Source: Vicugna vicugna
Taxonomy: Eukaryota
Direction: 5' to 3'
Assembly: GCA_013265495.1 (NCBI GenBank)
Contig: MU058039.1
Coordinates: 932,591 to 996,590 of the forward strand
DNA: 64,000 nucleotides
The translations under genes were made by a program, and so were the position numbers. Shown here one piece after another: positions 46,101 to 56,410 of the stretch. Numbering within the stretch: position 1 is the first letter of the stretch; each line of letters starts with the position of its first letter. The notes under the pieces are model-generated. The model ran no database searches. It was not told the DNA's origin and worked only from the letters and a program-made list of their open reading frames with translations.

Positions 46101-49100
46101 ATGGAATGAAGTGCTCTGTGGGGACTGTTTAACATGATGCCTAGCACATAGTAAGTGATCAATAATTGTTATTAGCTTTTTGCTTAGATTCCTGGATATG
46201 TTAAAGGTTGGAATTTTGGACTAGTCGCATAAGAAGCTCAGAACTTTGAGTTCAGGAGTGCAAAAGCTAGAAGCAATTCTGGAGCTCAGATCAATGGATA
46301 CTTGAGCTGCTGGGGAAGTGGGGGAAAATGCATCACTTATATAGAGCTCACTGTGTTCCAGATACTATTTTAGGTACTTTATATGAATTATATGAGTTAT
46401 GTTTATATTATATCATTGATTCTTTTCAACCACTCTCTGAAGTGGGTCCTTTTAGTCTTCCCATTTTGCAGTTAAGGAAACTGAGGCTGACGAGTTAAGT
46501 GACTTGCCCAAGGCCACAAAGGGAAAAAAAAAAAACCCGACCCAGTTAGAAGTTCTAGCTTCAAAGCCCATGCATTCCAGTGCTGTTCTACTACTCTGTC
46601 CTGGCCCTGCAGATCCTCACCCACCCAGGACCCTAAATCTCAGTATCCTGCAGGCTCAGGCTCTGGGAACCCAGCCTGGGCAGCTCAGGGCAGCTCACCG
46701 TTAGCAGATGCAGCAGGTCCTCGTTGGCACTGCAGGGGGGCTGTTGCCTCTGGAGGGCTGCCAGCTCCTGCAGCCGCAAGTAGAGGCTGTTGAGCTTCAG
46801 AAGGTGCAGGCGGCCGTCAGGCAACCTGTCTGGATGTGCCTCGTGCAGGGACACCAGGTCCTTGAGGTGCACACCCAGTAGAGGCAGCCGGAAGCCCGTG
46901 CAGCCAGCCCAGGCGCGGCGGTAACAGGCGTAGTTGTTGCGGGAGGCAAGGAGCTCAGTCAGCTCGAGCAGGGCCTGTGAGGGAGAGGCGTGTTACAGTA
47001 AGGGGTCATGTAATGGGGAAGCCAGTTTTCCCCCTAGCTCTCTGCAGGGGAGCATCCCAGCAGCCTCCTGTGTGGGCTCCAGACCCCCAGGACCCAATGG
47101 CATTTTGGATACCTCCCAGATCCCCTCCAGAGTCCCACGTTGGCTTCAGTATCTCCCTAGACTGCTCTTCTTCTTGGGCCCCCATCTGAGAAAGGCCTCA
47201 CTATGTTCCATTTCCCAGGCTAGAGTGACTTTTTCAAAAACCCCAGTCTGATCAGGGGTGCTGTCATCATTCCCAAAGCTTTACCCATTGCCCTCTGGAT
47301 AAAGCCCAGACACCTTAGTTAAGCTTGCAGAAGGCTCAACAGGATTTCCCCTGGGTATCTTCAGCCTAATATCCTGCCACATCCTGACCTCAGCTGCACA
47401 CCAGACTCCTGAATGACTTACTCTCCCTAGACCCTTTCAGGACACCTCCAATCCATGCTCCTCCTATGGGTGGCCCAAATATCAGTGCCCCTGGGGGCAT
47501 CATCTCACTCCCCACCTAGACTGCAAGTTCTCTGCTAGCATCTCTCCTGTCTCCCTCCACTCCTGCTCAGGATCAGATACTGAGCATAGAGGGGTCAGCA
47601 CCATGTCAGATTTGGAGGAGCCAGGTCTCCAGGTGGCTCCAGGGTGGAGGGGATTGGGGAGACGTGTGGAGGTTCAGGATAATTGACTGCTGGAACTTTG
47701 GGGAGGGCAGTGGGGTTTCACCTTGGTGCTGTCAGGGCTCAGGTGGGCGTGGGAGTCCTTGAGTCTGGAGATGGCACTGTGACATAGGCCCCCAGTGACT
47801 GCCATCAGCGTGTTGAAATTCTGCAGCTGGTGGAGCCTCTAGAAAGGGAGGGTGATGCAGAGGTGGTGGGTATCATGTGGAGGACAGGCAATGTGGAGAT
47901 TCAAATGACAGCATCCCTGTTGAGTTGGGGTCTCAGGCATGTGTGTGGGTGGCCCAATGTAGGCATTCGACAGGTGAGATGTATCAGGCAGGAGTGGGCT
48001 AAAGGCAGGTATGTGGGCATTTCATGGGGGGTCAGGCAGGTGATAGACTAATGAGAGGTTGGATAACAGTAGGGGGAGTCAGGTCAGTATGGGGAGTTGG
48101 ACAGGTTTGGGGACCGACAGTTCTGTGCTAGACAGCTGTGGAGGATTCAGACAGATATCAGTGTGTCGGGCACCTGGGTGGGGGGTGAGGTGTGGGTGTC
48201 CCTGCTCTGAGAGTCAGACAGGTAAGGGAGACAAGAAGGCTTGGGCTCTGGGCAGGAGTTGGGAACAGGGCGGAGGTGAATGGGTCCAGAGTGATATGGA
48301 GGGGTCAGGCGTACATGAGAGACAGTTGTGGGGTCAGGCTGTCATCAGGGGCGATAGCCTCACTTTCCCTTTTCTCAAGTTTGAAGGGTGGAGGTCGCTG
48401 AGGGGAAAAGGTGGGGCCAGAGAAGAGTGGAAGATGCTCAGATCGAGGAGCCTCCGGGCAGACGCCAGAAGCCCCTGGTCTAAAGGGCCGGGCAGGGGAA
48501 GCGCCAAAGGAAGGGCGTGGTCTGTGAGGAAGTACGCTAAGGGGCGTGGCCACTCTGGGGGAAGGAGGGCTTCCCTTTTCTCCAGAAGGCGGGGAATGTA
48601 TCTCGAAGAGAGGGGGAAGGGAGGGGAGGGGTCAGAGGAGACCTGAAGTGATAGGGACGGCTGGGGCCTAGGGACCCCGGTAGGGCATAACTCAAAGGTG
48701 AGGGTATGAAAGGGCCTCTTCCTTTACTGCCCTGGAGATGGAATATTCGGGCACGGGGCTTAGGTACGAGGCCAGGAGGAAAGTCGTCTAGGACCAAGGG
48801 GTGGGACCAGGGCGGTTTTGACGGGATGAAATAAGGCCATGGAAGAAGTGCCGTCACAGTCCCTGGTTAGAACCGCCGGACTGAGTCCTCGGGGACCCGG
48901 GCAGGTGAGACGTGATGCGAGAGGGCGGGGCCAGGAGGTAGTGACGTCACCTCCGGGGAGATCAGGCGCGGCGGGAGAGCGCAGGGTCAAGGTCAGCTTC
49001 TCCCAGCCTGGTTCGGCGAGTGCTCAGAGAGCGAGCCGAGCTTTGGGGCACGTCTCACCTGTGCCACGTGGATGAACTTCTCCAGCACCTGAGCGCGCTG

Positions 49101-52100
49101 TGCGGGCCCGGGACGGCTCAGCACCATGACCTGCACCCAGCGGGACACGCTGTTGCTGAGACCTACGGAACCCTCCAGGGCCGGACAACCCCGCACGGAA
49201 CCCTGCAAAACGTAGCCCCGCAGGTCCTGGGGCTGGGGGTGAGGTGGGCTTTAGGGTAGGTCGTGGCGCTCAGGTCCTGGCCCCCACACGCCCATCTCCC
49301 AAGCAGTCAAGACCTCTGACGTCTTAGCCTGGCTGTCACATGTCTGTGAGGTCACCATGTCCCTCTCCCATCTGAGGAGAAATGTTTGAAGAAACCCAGG
49401 CACTAGTCTGAGCCCTTTGTTATATCCTGACAACAACTCTATGAAGTGAATACTATATTATTACCATTTTAGAAATGAGGTCGTTGAAGCACAGAGAGGC
49501 CAAATAATTTCCCCAGGGTCACACAGGCCTGAGTCAGGGTAGGAACCCAGTCTGTTGCTCTTGGCTGTATTCCTGACTGTATACAGTCAGCAAAGGGAGG
49601 GGCAGTGAAGAGGAAAAGAAACCAACTTCTATTTGTTCTGCTTAAGGGGTCAACGTTCCATACCCACATCCACTGCACTCTGTGTGTGTCTGTACAATTG
49701 GGAAATTTTCACATTAAGGAACCAGATGGGGGGTGGAGGGTGGGAAGGGATAGACCAGGATTTCAAAATTGTAGAATAGATAAACAAGATTATACTGTAT
49801 AGCACAGGGAGATATACACAAAATGTTATGGTAGCTCACAGAGAAAAAAATGTGACAATGAGTGTGTATATGTCCATGTATGACTGAAAAATTGTGCTGA
49901 ACACTGGAATTTGACACATCGTAAAATGATTTAAATCAATAAAAATGTTAAAAAAAAAAAAGGAACCAGATCCCTAACAACCCTCAAAATAATTATGACA
50001 AGATGGCAATTGCTAAACACATATATAGGTTGAAGCATTTGAAATTAAGATTTGGGAAATATGGCAAAATATCACAGTTTCAAATGGTGCAACTAGATCA
50101 TATTTACTCTGGACCAGGCACTGATCCTATGAGGCAGGAGCTAAGTCTCCTTTTTGCAGATAACAGAGCTGAGGTACAGTGAATTTCAATGCTTCTCAAA
50201 TAAATGAGTAATAATAAAATATTTTGAGCACTACTATGTGCCAGGCACTGTGATAAGGATTTTTATGTGGACATATTAATTTAATTCCCCCAACCACCCA
50301 ATGAAGTATTTGACCTCCTTTTTACAAACGAGAAAACTGCGCCCCAGAGAGGTTGAGAAACTAGTTCAAAGTTACACAGATAGGAAGGAGCTGATGGGAT
50401 TTGAACCCAGGGGCTCTGTGCTCAGCCAGCCTAACTCTTTTTCCTGGACCCTCTAGCACCCAAGTCTGAGAGTTTGTGATCCCTGCCCAGGCCAGGGTCC
50501 TCTCAGTCTGGCTTGGCCCCAGCCAGGTTCCATCCCACCCCAAGCCCTCCCCAGTGTAGAGGAGAGGGGTCCTTACTGTGATAGCCTGGAAGGACCGGAA
50601 CTCCAGGTAAGTTAGGTGCTCTGCCAGTTCTCCCGTCTCCAGGTGATCAAAAAGCAAGGACACTTTGCGCTTTTTGCCCAGGCCTGGGCTGCTCACAGGG
50701 GGTGGGGGGCCAGGGCCACCCGGGCTCAGCCTAGGGGTCAGGAGGGGCAGGGTATTGGAGGGTCTCAGGGTGGAGGGTGTGGGGGTGTGGAGGGAGGAGG
50801 CAGAGTTGGGGTGGGGAGGGAAGGAGAAGGGGCTGACTCACAGGTTAGAGAAGTCTCCCAGGATCCTCTGGGCTGAGTTGCCCTCCTGCTCCACGGTGGC
50901 CCAGAAGCGACCTATGACCTCTTCTAACTGGGGCTCCTGGTGCACCATCTCAGGGTGTTGGGTCAGCCAGTACCTGACGGAGGTTTAGAGATGATGGGAT
51001 GAGGCTGGGGGTGTGGCAGTTCTCTGAAAGGGGTCTCTTGGGCTGAGGGGTCTCTAGGTGCTGGGCAAGGGGGTCTCTAACTGTGAGCAGGGGTTTCTTT
51101 GAAAGTCCAGAGTTCAGACAGAAGGGAGAGTCTCTGGGAGTAGGATTGGGGGCCTCTTAACACAGGCTGAAGGATCTGTGGAAGATAGACTGGGGGGTCT
51201 CTTGGAAGTGGGGTGCCTAGGGAGCTGGCTAGTGGGTGGTCTCAGGAATTAGATTGGGGGCCTTTGTGGGTGAGATTTGTGGGGAACAGGGTGAGGGGTC
51301 TTAGAAGCTAAGCTGAGGTATATGGGAGGTGAGGGTCTTAGGGATCAGAGCTGGAGGTCTCAGCGTACCAGCTGGAAGAGAGCCCAGAGGATCTGGTCAG
51401 GGGTCTCTAAGAGGTGAGGGTTCTAAGGAGACTGGGAGGGTTTTAGGAACCAACCCAGGTGGGTATGAGAAGTAGGATTTGGGGGAGCATGGCTGGGTGG
51501 ATCTGTAGGGAACTGGGCTGGAGTCTCTTGGAAGTGTTTTTCAGGGGGCAGTAGGGTGAGGCTCTTGGGTCATGGAGTGGAGGTTTTGACCCAGCCTTAC
51601 CGGACCAGGTGACAGATCTGCAGCCTCCTCAGCTCCTGCGTGTTCCCTGTGGCCTCCTGGTACTTGAGTTCTGGTCAAGGCTCTGTTATCCAGCATCCCA
51701 GACCTGTTGGCTCCTCTGTCCCCATCTCCCAGGCTCCCACATCTCTGCCTTCCACCCTCTACCCCCTGCTTATGGCCCCAGGAGGATATAAGGTCAGCAG
51801 ACGGGCAGCAAGATGGGCAGAAGGCAGTACCCAGCTGTGCATGGCCAGTACCATGTTGAGAATGTGGTCCCCGCGGCGCAGGCTGCCAGCTGAGTCTGAG
51901 GGCAGGGGAAGGGGACTGTGTGTCAGAATAGCCCCTAAGCAATGGACTGCATAGCTTTCAGAGCCAGGTGGACCGCCTCGTTCAAACCCCAGCCCTACCA
52001 GTGACTCCCTACATGAATTTGGGCCAACAAATTGACTCCTTGTGCCTCAGTTTCCTTGTGAATAGTGTGTGTGCATGGACCAGCATTATGCCTGGCAAGT

Positions 52101-54912
52101 CATATTGAAGATGGAAATAGCATCAGACTTCCTCCCCCACCCACAGCTCAGGAAAAAGAAATGCAGGTGTCTCTCTTATTCCTAATGTAGTGATTGAGAT
52201 TCATTCCACACACTCCTGCTCCCATGTTATACCCCTCCTCCCAAATTGAGGCGTGAAGGGAGGTGGGTACTTGGCCCAACCTTACCATTGCAGAGACAAG
52301 CCAAGGAGGAGGACACTCACCAAAGGACTGAATGCATTTCTCCAGCAGCTCATCTTCGCTGCAGCCGCCCTCATTCAGCACGCCCAGAGCCATGGAAGAC
52401 ATGACCTTGCTGATTTCCCGGGGGCTGGGGCATGTCTTGTGGCGGCGGGCTTGTCGGGCCCGTCCCCGCCCCCCTATCTTCTCTGGGCATTCCTGGTGGG
52501 ACTTCCTGTGGGCACATCCCCCAGGGAATCATGGGAGCCCCTTCCTTTGGGCAGACCCCCAGAATTCTTGACCCCAAAGCCCCAAAGCTTCGTGGGAGAA
52601 ACTTCCTAAAGATAAGGTCCTAGGGTTAGTCCTGACCTACCCTGGATTCAGGAGAGAAAACCCCAGGAATATTCCAGATCATTCCAGCCTTCTCCTACAA
52701 ATAAACTCCAAGGGTTACTCCTGCCCTCTTCAGGGAATCAGGGGACAGTACCCTCAATACCTAATTGACAGCCCCCCCAACCAGGGAATCATGGGAGATG
52801 ATCCCCAGGACTACTAAGGTTCCTTCAGGGAATCATAAGAACTCCCTCCTCCAGGCATTGCCCTCCAAGTCCCCTTGACAGTATGGTCCCAGGGCATCAT
52901 GGGAGACGGGTTACTCCTGACCTCCAAGGGAATCATGGGAGAAGACCCCCCAGAATCATTCCTGTCCTCCCCAGGAGGAATCATGGGTGGTTCTGCCTTC
53001 AGGAACACTCCTCAGAATACCCTTTTCTCTCCAACACCCACCCCCTCCTCCCCCAGCCCTCATGAGAGAAGCAGACCCCTGAGATTCCATCTCTCCCTCC
53101 CCCACCTCGACCCTGACTAAGCTGACAGACCCTTCCCACAAGTCAGCCTTTCAGCAGGACCCGTGTCTCAGCCGTAAGCCTGGTCTCTAGATTTGGAGCC
53201 TGGAGAGAAGATACAGGTGTAACGTGGCCTCAGCAAGGCTCTTCAGAGCTGGGCGGGTCCCTGGGGCTGAGGCAGCTTCAAGGAAAGTTTAAAAATAAAC
53301 CTTACTCTGTCTTGTGCCTGCCCGAGGCTCCTGTTCCAGTTGGGGAAAGAGAGTAATAGAAAGACAGGGATGGTGGAGGAAGGAGGGAGCAAAATCCAGG
53401 CAGGATGGCCCTGGCTTCCACAAGAGTCAGACAAAACCAAGTTGGAGACACTTATGCTGGCTGTGTGACTTTGTGTTAATCACAACATTTCTCTGGACCT
53501 CAGTTTCCTTGTATGAAAAGTGAGAGTCATCCTTGGACCTTCCCCAGGAATTTATTATGAACATTCAATGCCTTGCTCTTCAAAAGTGCTAAATAAGGGA
53601 TTTAATTTGCTTAGGCTGTTAAGTGGCCAGAGGTGGGAAAGTTAAACTTGAGATGCAGAGAGAGAATGTGATAGAGTGAACTAGAAGCCAGGCCGGGGGC
53701 ATGGAGGTGAGCCCTCATAACAAGGCATTGCCATGTCCCTGGCACATCCTAAAAGCTCAGTAAATCAGTATTCTTATTTCTATTTTTTTTTTCAGTAAAT
53801 CAGTATTGAATGTTGCCAAGTAACAGCTGGCATTCATTGAGTGCTGACTGTTTACCGAGCAGACGGCTGAGCACCTATCTAGATCAGTGGTTCTCAAAGC
53901 AGGGTCTCCAACCAATACCAAGGGCATCACCCGGGAACCTGATATAAATACAAAATCTCAGGCTCCACCCCAGACCTACAGAATCAGAAACGTTGGAGGT
54001 GAGCCCAGCAGCCTGTGTTTTACAAGCCCTCCAAGTGGTTCTGATGTTTGCTTACACTTGAGAAGTAGAGGTCTAGACTGTACCACTGGGGCTTATGTGC
54101 TCCACCAAGGAGGCATTATGATCATTCTATTGACAGAAGAAACTGAGGCACAGAGCAGTTAAGTGACTTAACTATGGTTACACAGCTGGAAAATGAGGCA
54201 ATCTGGTCTCCACCGCTAAACTCCTGGACATGATGGGTATGGGACCCTTTGCTCATCAGAGATCCTGGGGGTGGGCAGAAGGGCTACCCAGGCTAGGAAT
54301 CCAGCCACCATCGCCCCTGTGAGGACAGGAGGGCAAGCTTGTGCAGGTGATAGGGAAGTCTATTCTAGAACATGCTGGCATAGCCAGCTGCTAGGATCTT
54401 ACCTGAGGACTGTCTGCCCAGGAGTAGTTTAAGAGGCAAGGGAGCCGCCTTGCCCTGCGTCACTCCCCGCCCCGCCCCCCCCCCCCCCCACCCCCGGGCA
54501 GGGCCCTGCAGGAGTCTGGAGTTTCCAGTCCAGGGGACAGCAAGTGACTGTGATAGGGAACCAAGAAGACCCCAGGAAGGACAGAGACCCCCAGCCTAGA
54601 GAGTTAGGATGAGGCGGGGGGGAGGGGCGGCGGCACAAGGAGAATGGGATCAGAGCAGCTCCAGCTCCAGAGATAGTGAGGATAAGACACACCCCATGCA
54701 GACAGCCCCAGCCCTAGCTGGCTCTGGACCCCTTGAAGCATCTTTCCACCTGGCACCCCCTGCTCCTGCTGCTGCTCCAGAGTGTAGCGGGACACCTTAC
54801 GCGCTGGTTAGTACCTCCCGAATCTTCCCATGCAGCCAGAGACCCCGGGGCTTGGGACGCTCCTGGTCCTTTGGGGAGGGTCCTCTCACCTCTTGCTGTC
54901 TTTCCGGTTCAT
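43178..54912 (-). CDS. RASGRP4: RAS guanyl-releasing protein 4; 650 aa here because of an in-frame TGA in exon 16 (673 codons if read through into exon 17 at 42714-42658)
   Basis: Exons 54912-54890, 52505-52321, 51895-51790, 51663-51601, 50973-50842, 50730-50577, 49232-49059, 47838-47722, 46974-46699, 45179-45099, 45019-44915, 44822-44704, 44608-44464, 43658-43622, 43516-43382, 43278-43166 (TGA 43180-43178). REM, CDC25 ([23 protein letters not shown]), EF-like and C1 ([23 protein letters not shown]) domains. Confidence 0.95.
49728..49959 (+). mobile_element. Young 5'-truncated L1 with poly(A) tail and perfect 12-bp TSD
   Basis: TSD AAGGAACCAGAT at 49716-49727 and 49960-49971; TT|AAGG target site; L1 3'UTR text with AATAAA and an A-tail. 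Confidence 0.92.
51664..51789 (-). other. RASGRP4: U12-type (minor spliceosome) intron with AT-AA termini, RASGRP4 intron 3
   Basis: 5' splice site ATATCCTCC; branch site CCTTGAC at 51680-51674; only the ...CTCAA|GTACCAG junction keeps the frame (LLTL|YQEA). Confidence 0.88.
52521..52990. repeat. Dispersed repeat of CAGGGAATCATGGGAG in RASGRP4 intron 1
   Basis: Copies near 52522, 52731, 52782, 52826, 52890, 52926 and 52977. Confidence 0.85.
53885..54070. mobile_element. MER5A-like hAT DNA transposon fossil
   Basis: cagtggttctcaaag...aatctcaggctccaccccagacctacagaatcagaa...ttgagaa; flanked by atctagat/gtctagac. A second degenerate copy lies near 62870-63070. Confidence 0.8.
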
Positions 54913-55019
54913 GCTTCCTCGGGGTTGGCAGGGAGGTGGTCTTGCAAGAGTGTGGCTCAGCTCCTCCCCCTTCACCAATGCTCCAGCTTCAAAGCCCCTT
55001 GGGAGCTGGGGCCTCCTCG

Positions 55020-55160
55020 GCGCTTGGGAAGGAAAGAGGAACTGCCCCTCCCCACCCAGCCCCAGGCCAGGGGGAAGGAAGAGGCTGGGGAGAGACCAAA
55101 GGTCCCCCTCCCCCCACACGGGGATCCCTTCAGGCTGAGGTTTCCGGTGCTGCCGGCCCC
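55020..55160 (-). promoter_or_regulatory. RASGRP4 proximal promoter with a PU.1/ETS-type site
   Basis: AAAGAGGAACTG at 55033-55044 and TTTCCGG near 55141, about 120-230 nt upstream of the ATG. Confidence 0.5.
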
Positions 55161-55899
55161 CACCCCCAATCAGCCAGCGGGCTCTCTATCTCCCCCATCT
55201 TTCTGTCTCTAGACCCATGATTCTCGATTCTGTCACTCATACTTAAATAAAAGCAGGTTTTTGCAAAAAGTATGCCTAATATTACACATTTATGTAAACA
55301 CACTCAAAAGAAAAGTCCAAACTTCTGTGAGGACATAGTTATAAATAATAATACACAAAGATTTAATTGGAAAGTCACAAGACCTAGTCTTTTGTATATT
55401 TCTTCTTGTGTTTCTTTCATTTCTAGCTTAGTTTTAATACCACTTGTACCGCAGAAAACATTTTCACTTTATTACTTTCATTGTAACAAACCTTTCTGTA
55501 GTGCTTTCTGTGCACCACACACTGTTCTAAGGGCTTTTAAGATATTGACTTGGTTAATCCTCACACAATCTTAAAGACTTATCTTTAAAAAATTATTTGT
55601 TTATTTATTTTTTAAGTTGAAGTATAGTCAGTTACAATGTGTCAATTTCTGGTGTACAACACAATGTCCCAGTTGGTCTGTTATTATGGAAACATTGCAG
55701 ATGGAAATAAGCCCTCTGGAAGTCCCCTCCCCATCCCACTGTCCCTCTTAGGGAGGGGTGGCCAATATCAGACATGGTTGGGTTTCATCCCATCTGTTGG
55801 CTGTGCGTTTAAGTACATAAAAACGTGCTAATAGAAACATAGACTTCTCTTTTGAGTATGTGCGCTGTTTTCTTTTAACTAAATGTGTCATGCTTGACA

Positions 55900-56410
55900 T
55901 ATTTTTAAGTTGAAGTGCACAAAAGAGTCAAATCATAAGTGTTTAGATTGATGATGGTTACAAACTGAACATGTCCATGCGATATTCACACACATCAAGA
56001 AACAGAACGTTCTTATCCCCCGCAAAGCCCCCTTGTGCCCCTTCCTAGTAAGTCACCACTAGCCTGATTTCTAGCAGAGTGGTTTTGCCCAGTTTTGAGC
56101 TGTATTTAAATGGAATCATCTGTCATGTCTGGCTTCTTTCATTCACCATAATGTCTTTGTGATTCTTCCACGTTATTCTGTTTAGTTGTAGCTTATTCCT
56201 TTGGTTGCTGTCTAGTTTTCCGTCATGTGAGTATTCCATGGCTTTTTGATCGATTTTCCCATGATGGACATTTGAGTTGTTTCCAGTTTCGGGCTGCTAT
56301 GAATCACGCTGCTGTGATCATTCTCGCACCTGTGTGTTGGTGAATGCTATGGTGTGTAGCTTTGTAGGGTAGCTACCCAGGAGTGGAATAAATGGTCACA
56401 GTACTTGGTA
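55900..56410 (-). mobile_element. Old L1 3' fragment
   Basis: aaatggaatcat...tggcttctttcattcac...gatggacatttgagttgtttccagtttcggggctgctatgaa. Similar fragments lie near 56850-57600 (+) and 62270-62680 (-). Confidence 0.7.

Noticed and set aside
52521..52990. CRISPR-like repeat-spacer array
   Set aside because: Repeats are degenerate with irregular spacing, in a mammalian intron, with no cas genes.
42658..54912. RASGRP4 as a pseudogene
   Set aside because: All catalytic and C1 exons are intact and in frame with valid splice sites; the only lesion is 23 codons from the end.
54609..55220. 203 and 159 aa plus-strand ORFs across the RASGRP4 promoter
   Set aside because: GC-rich chance ORFs with no domain or splice support.
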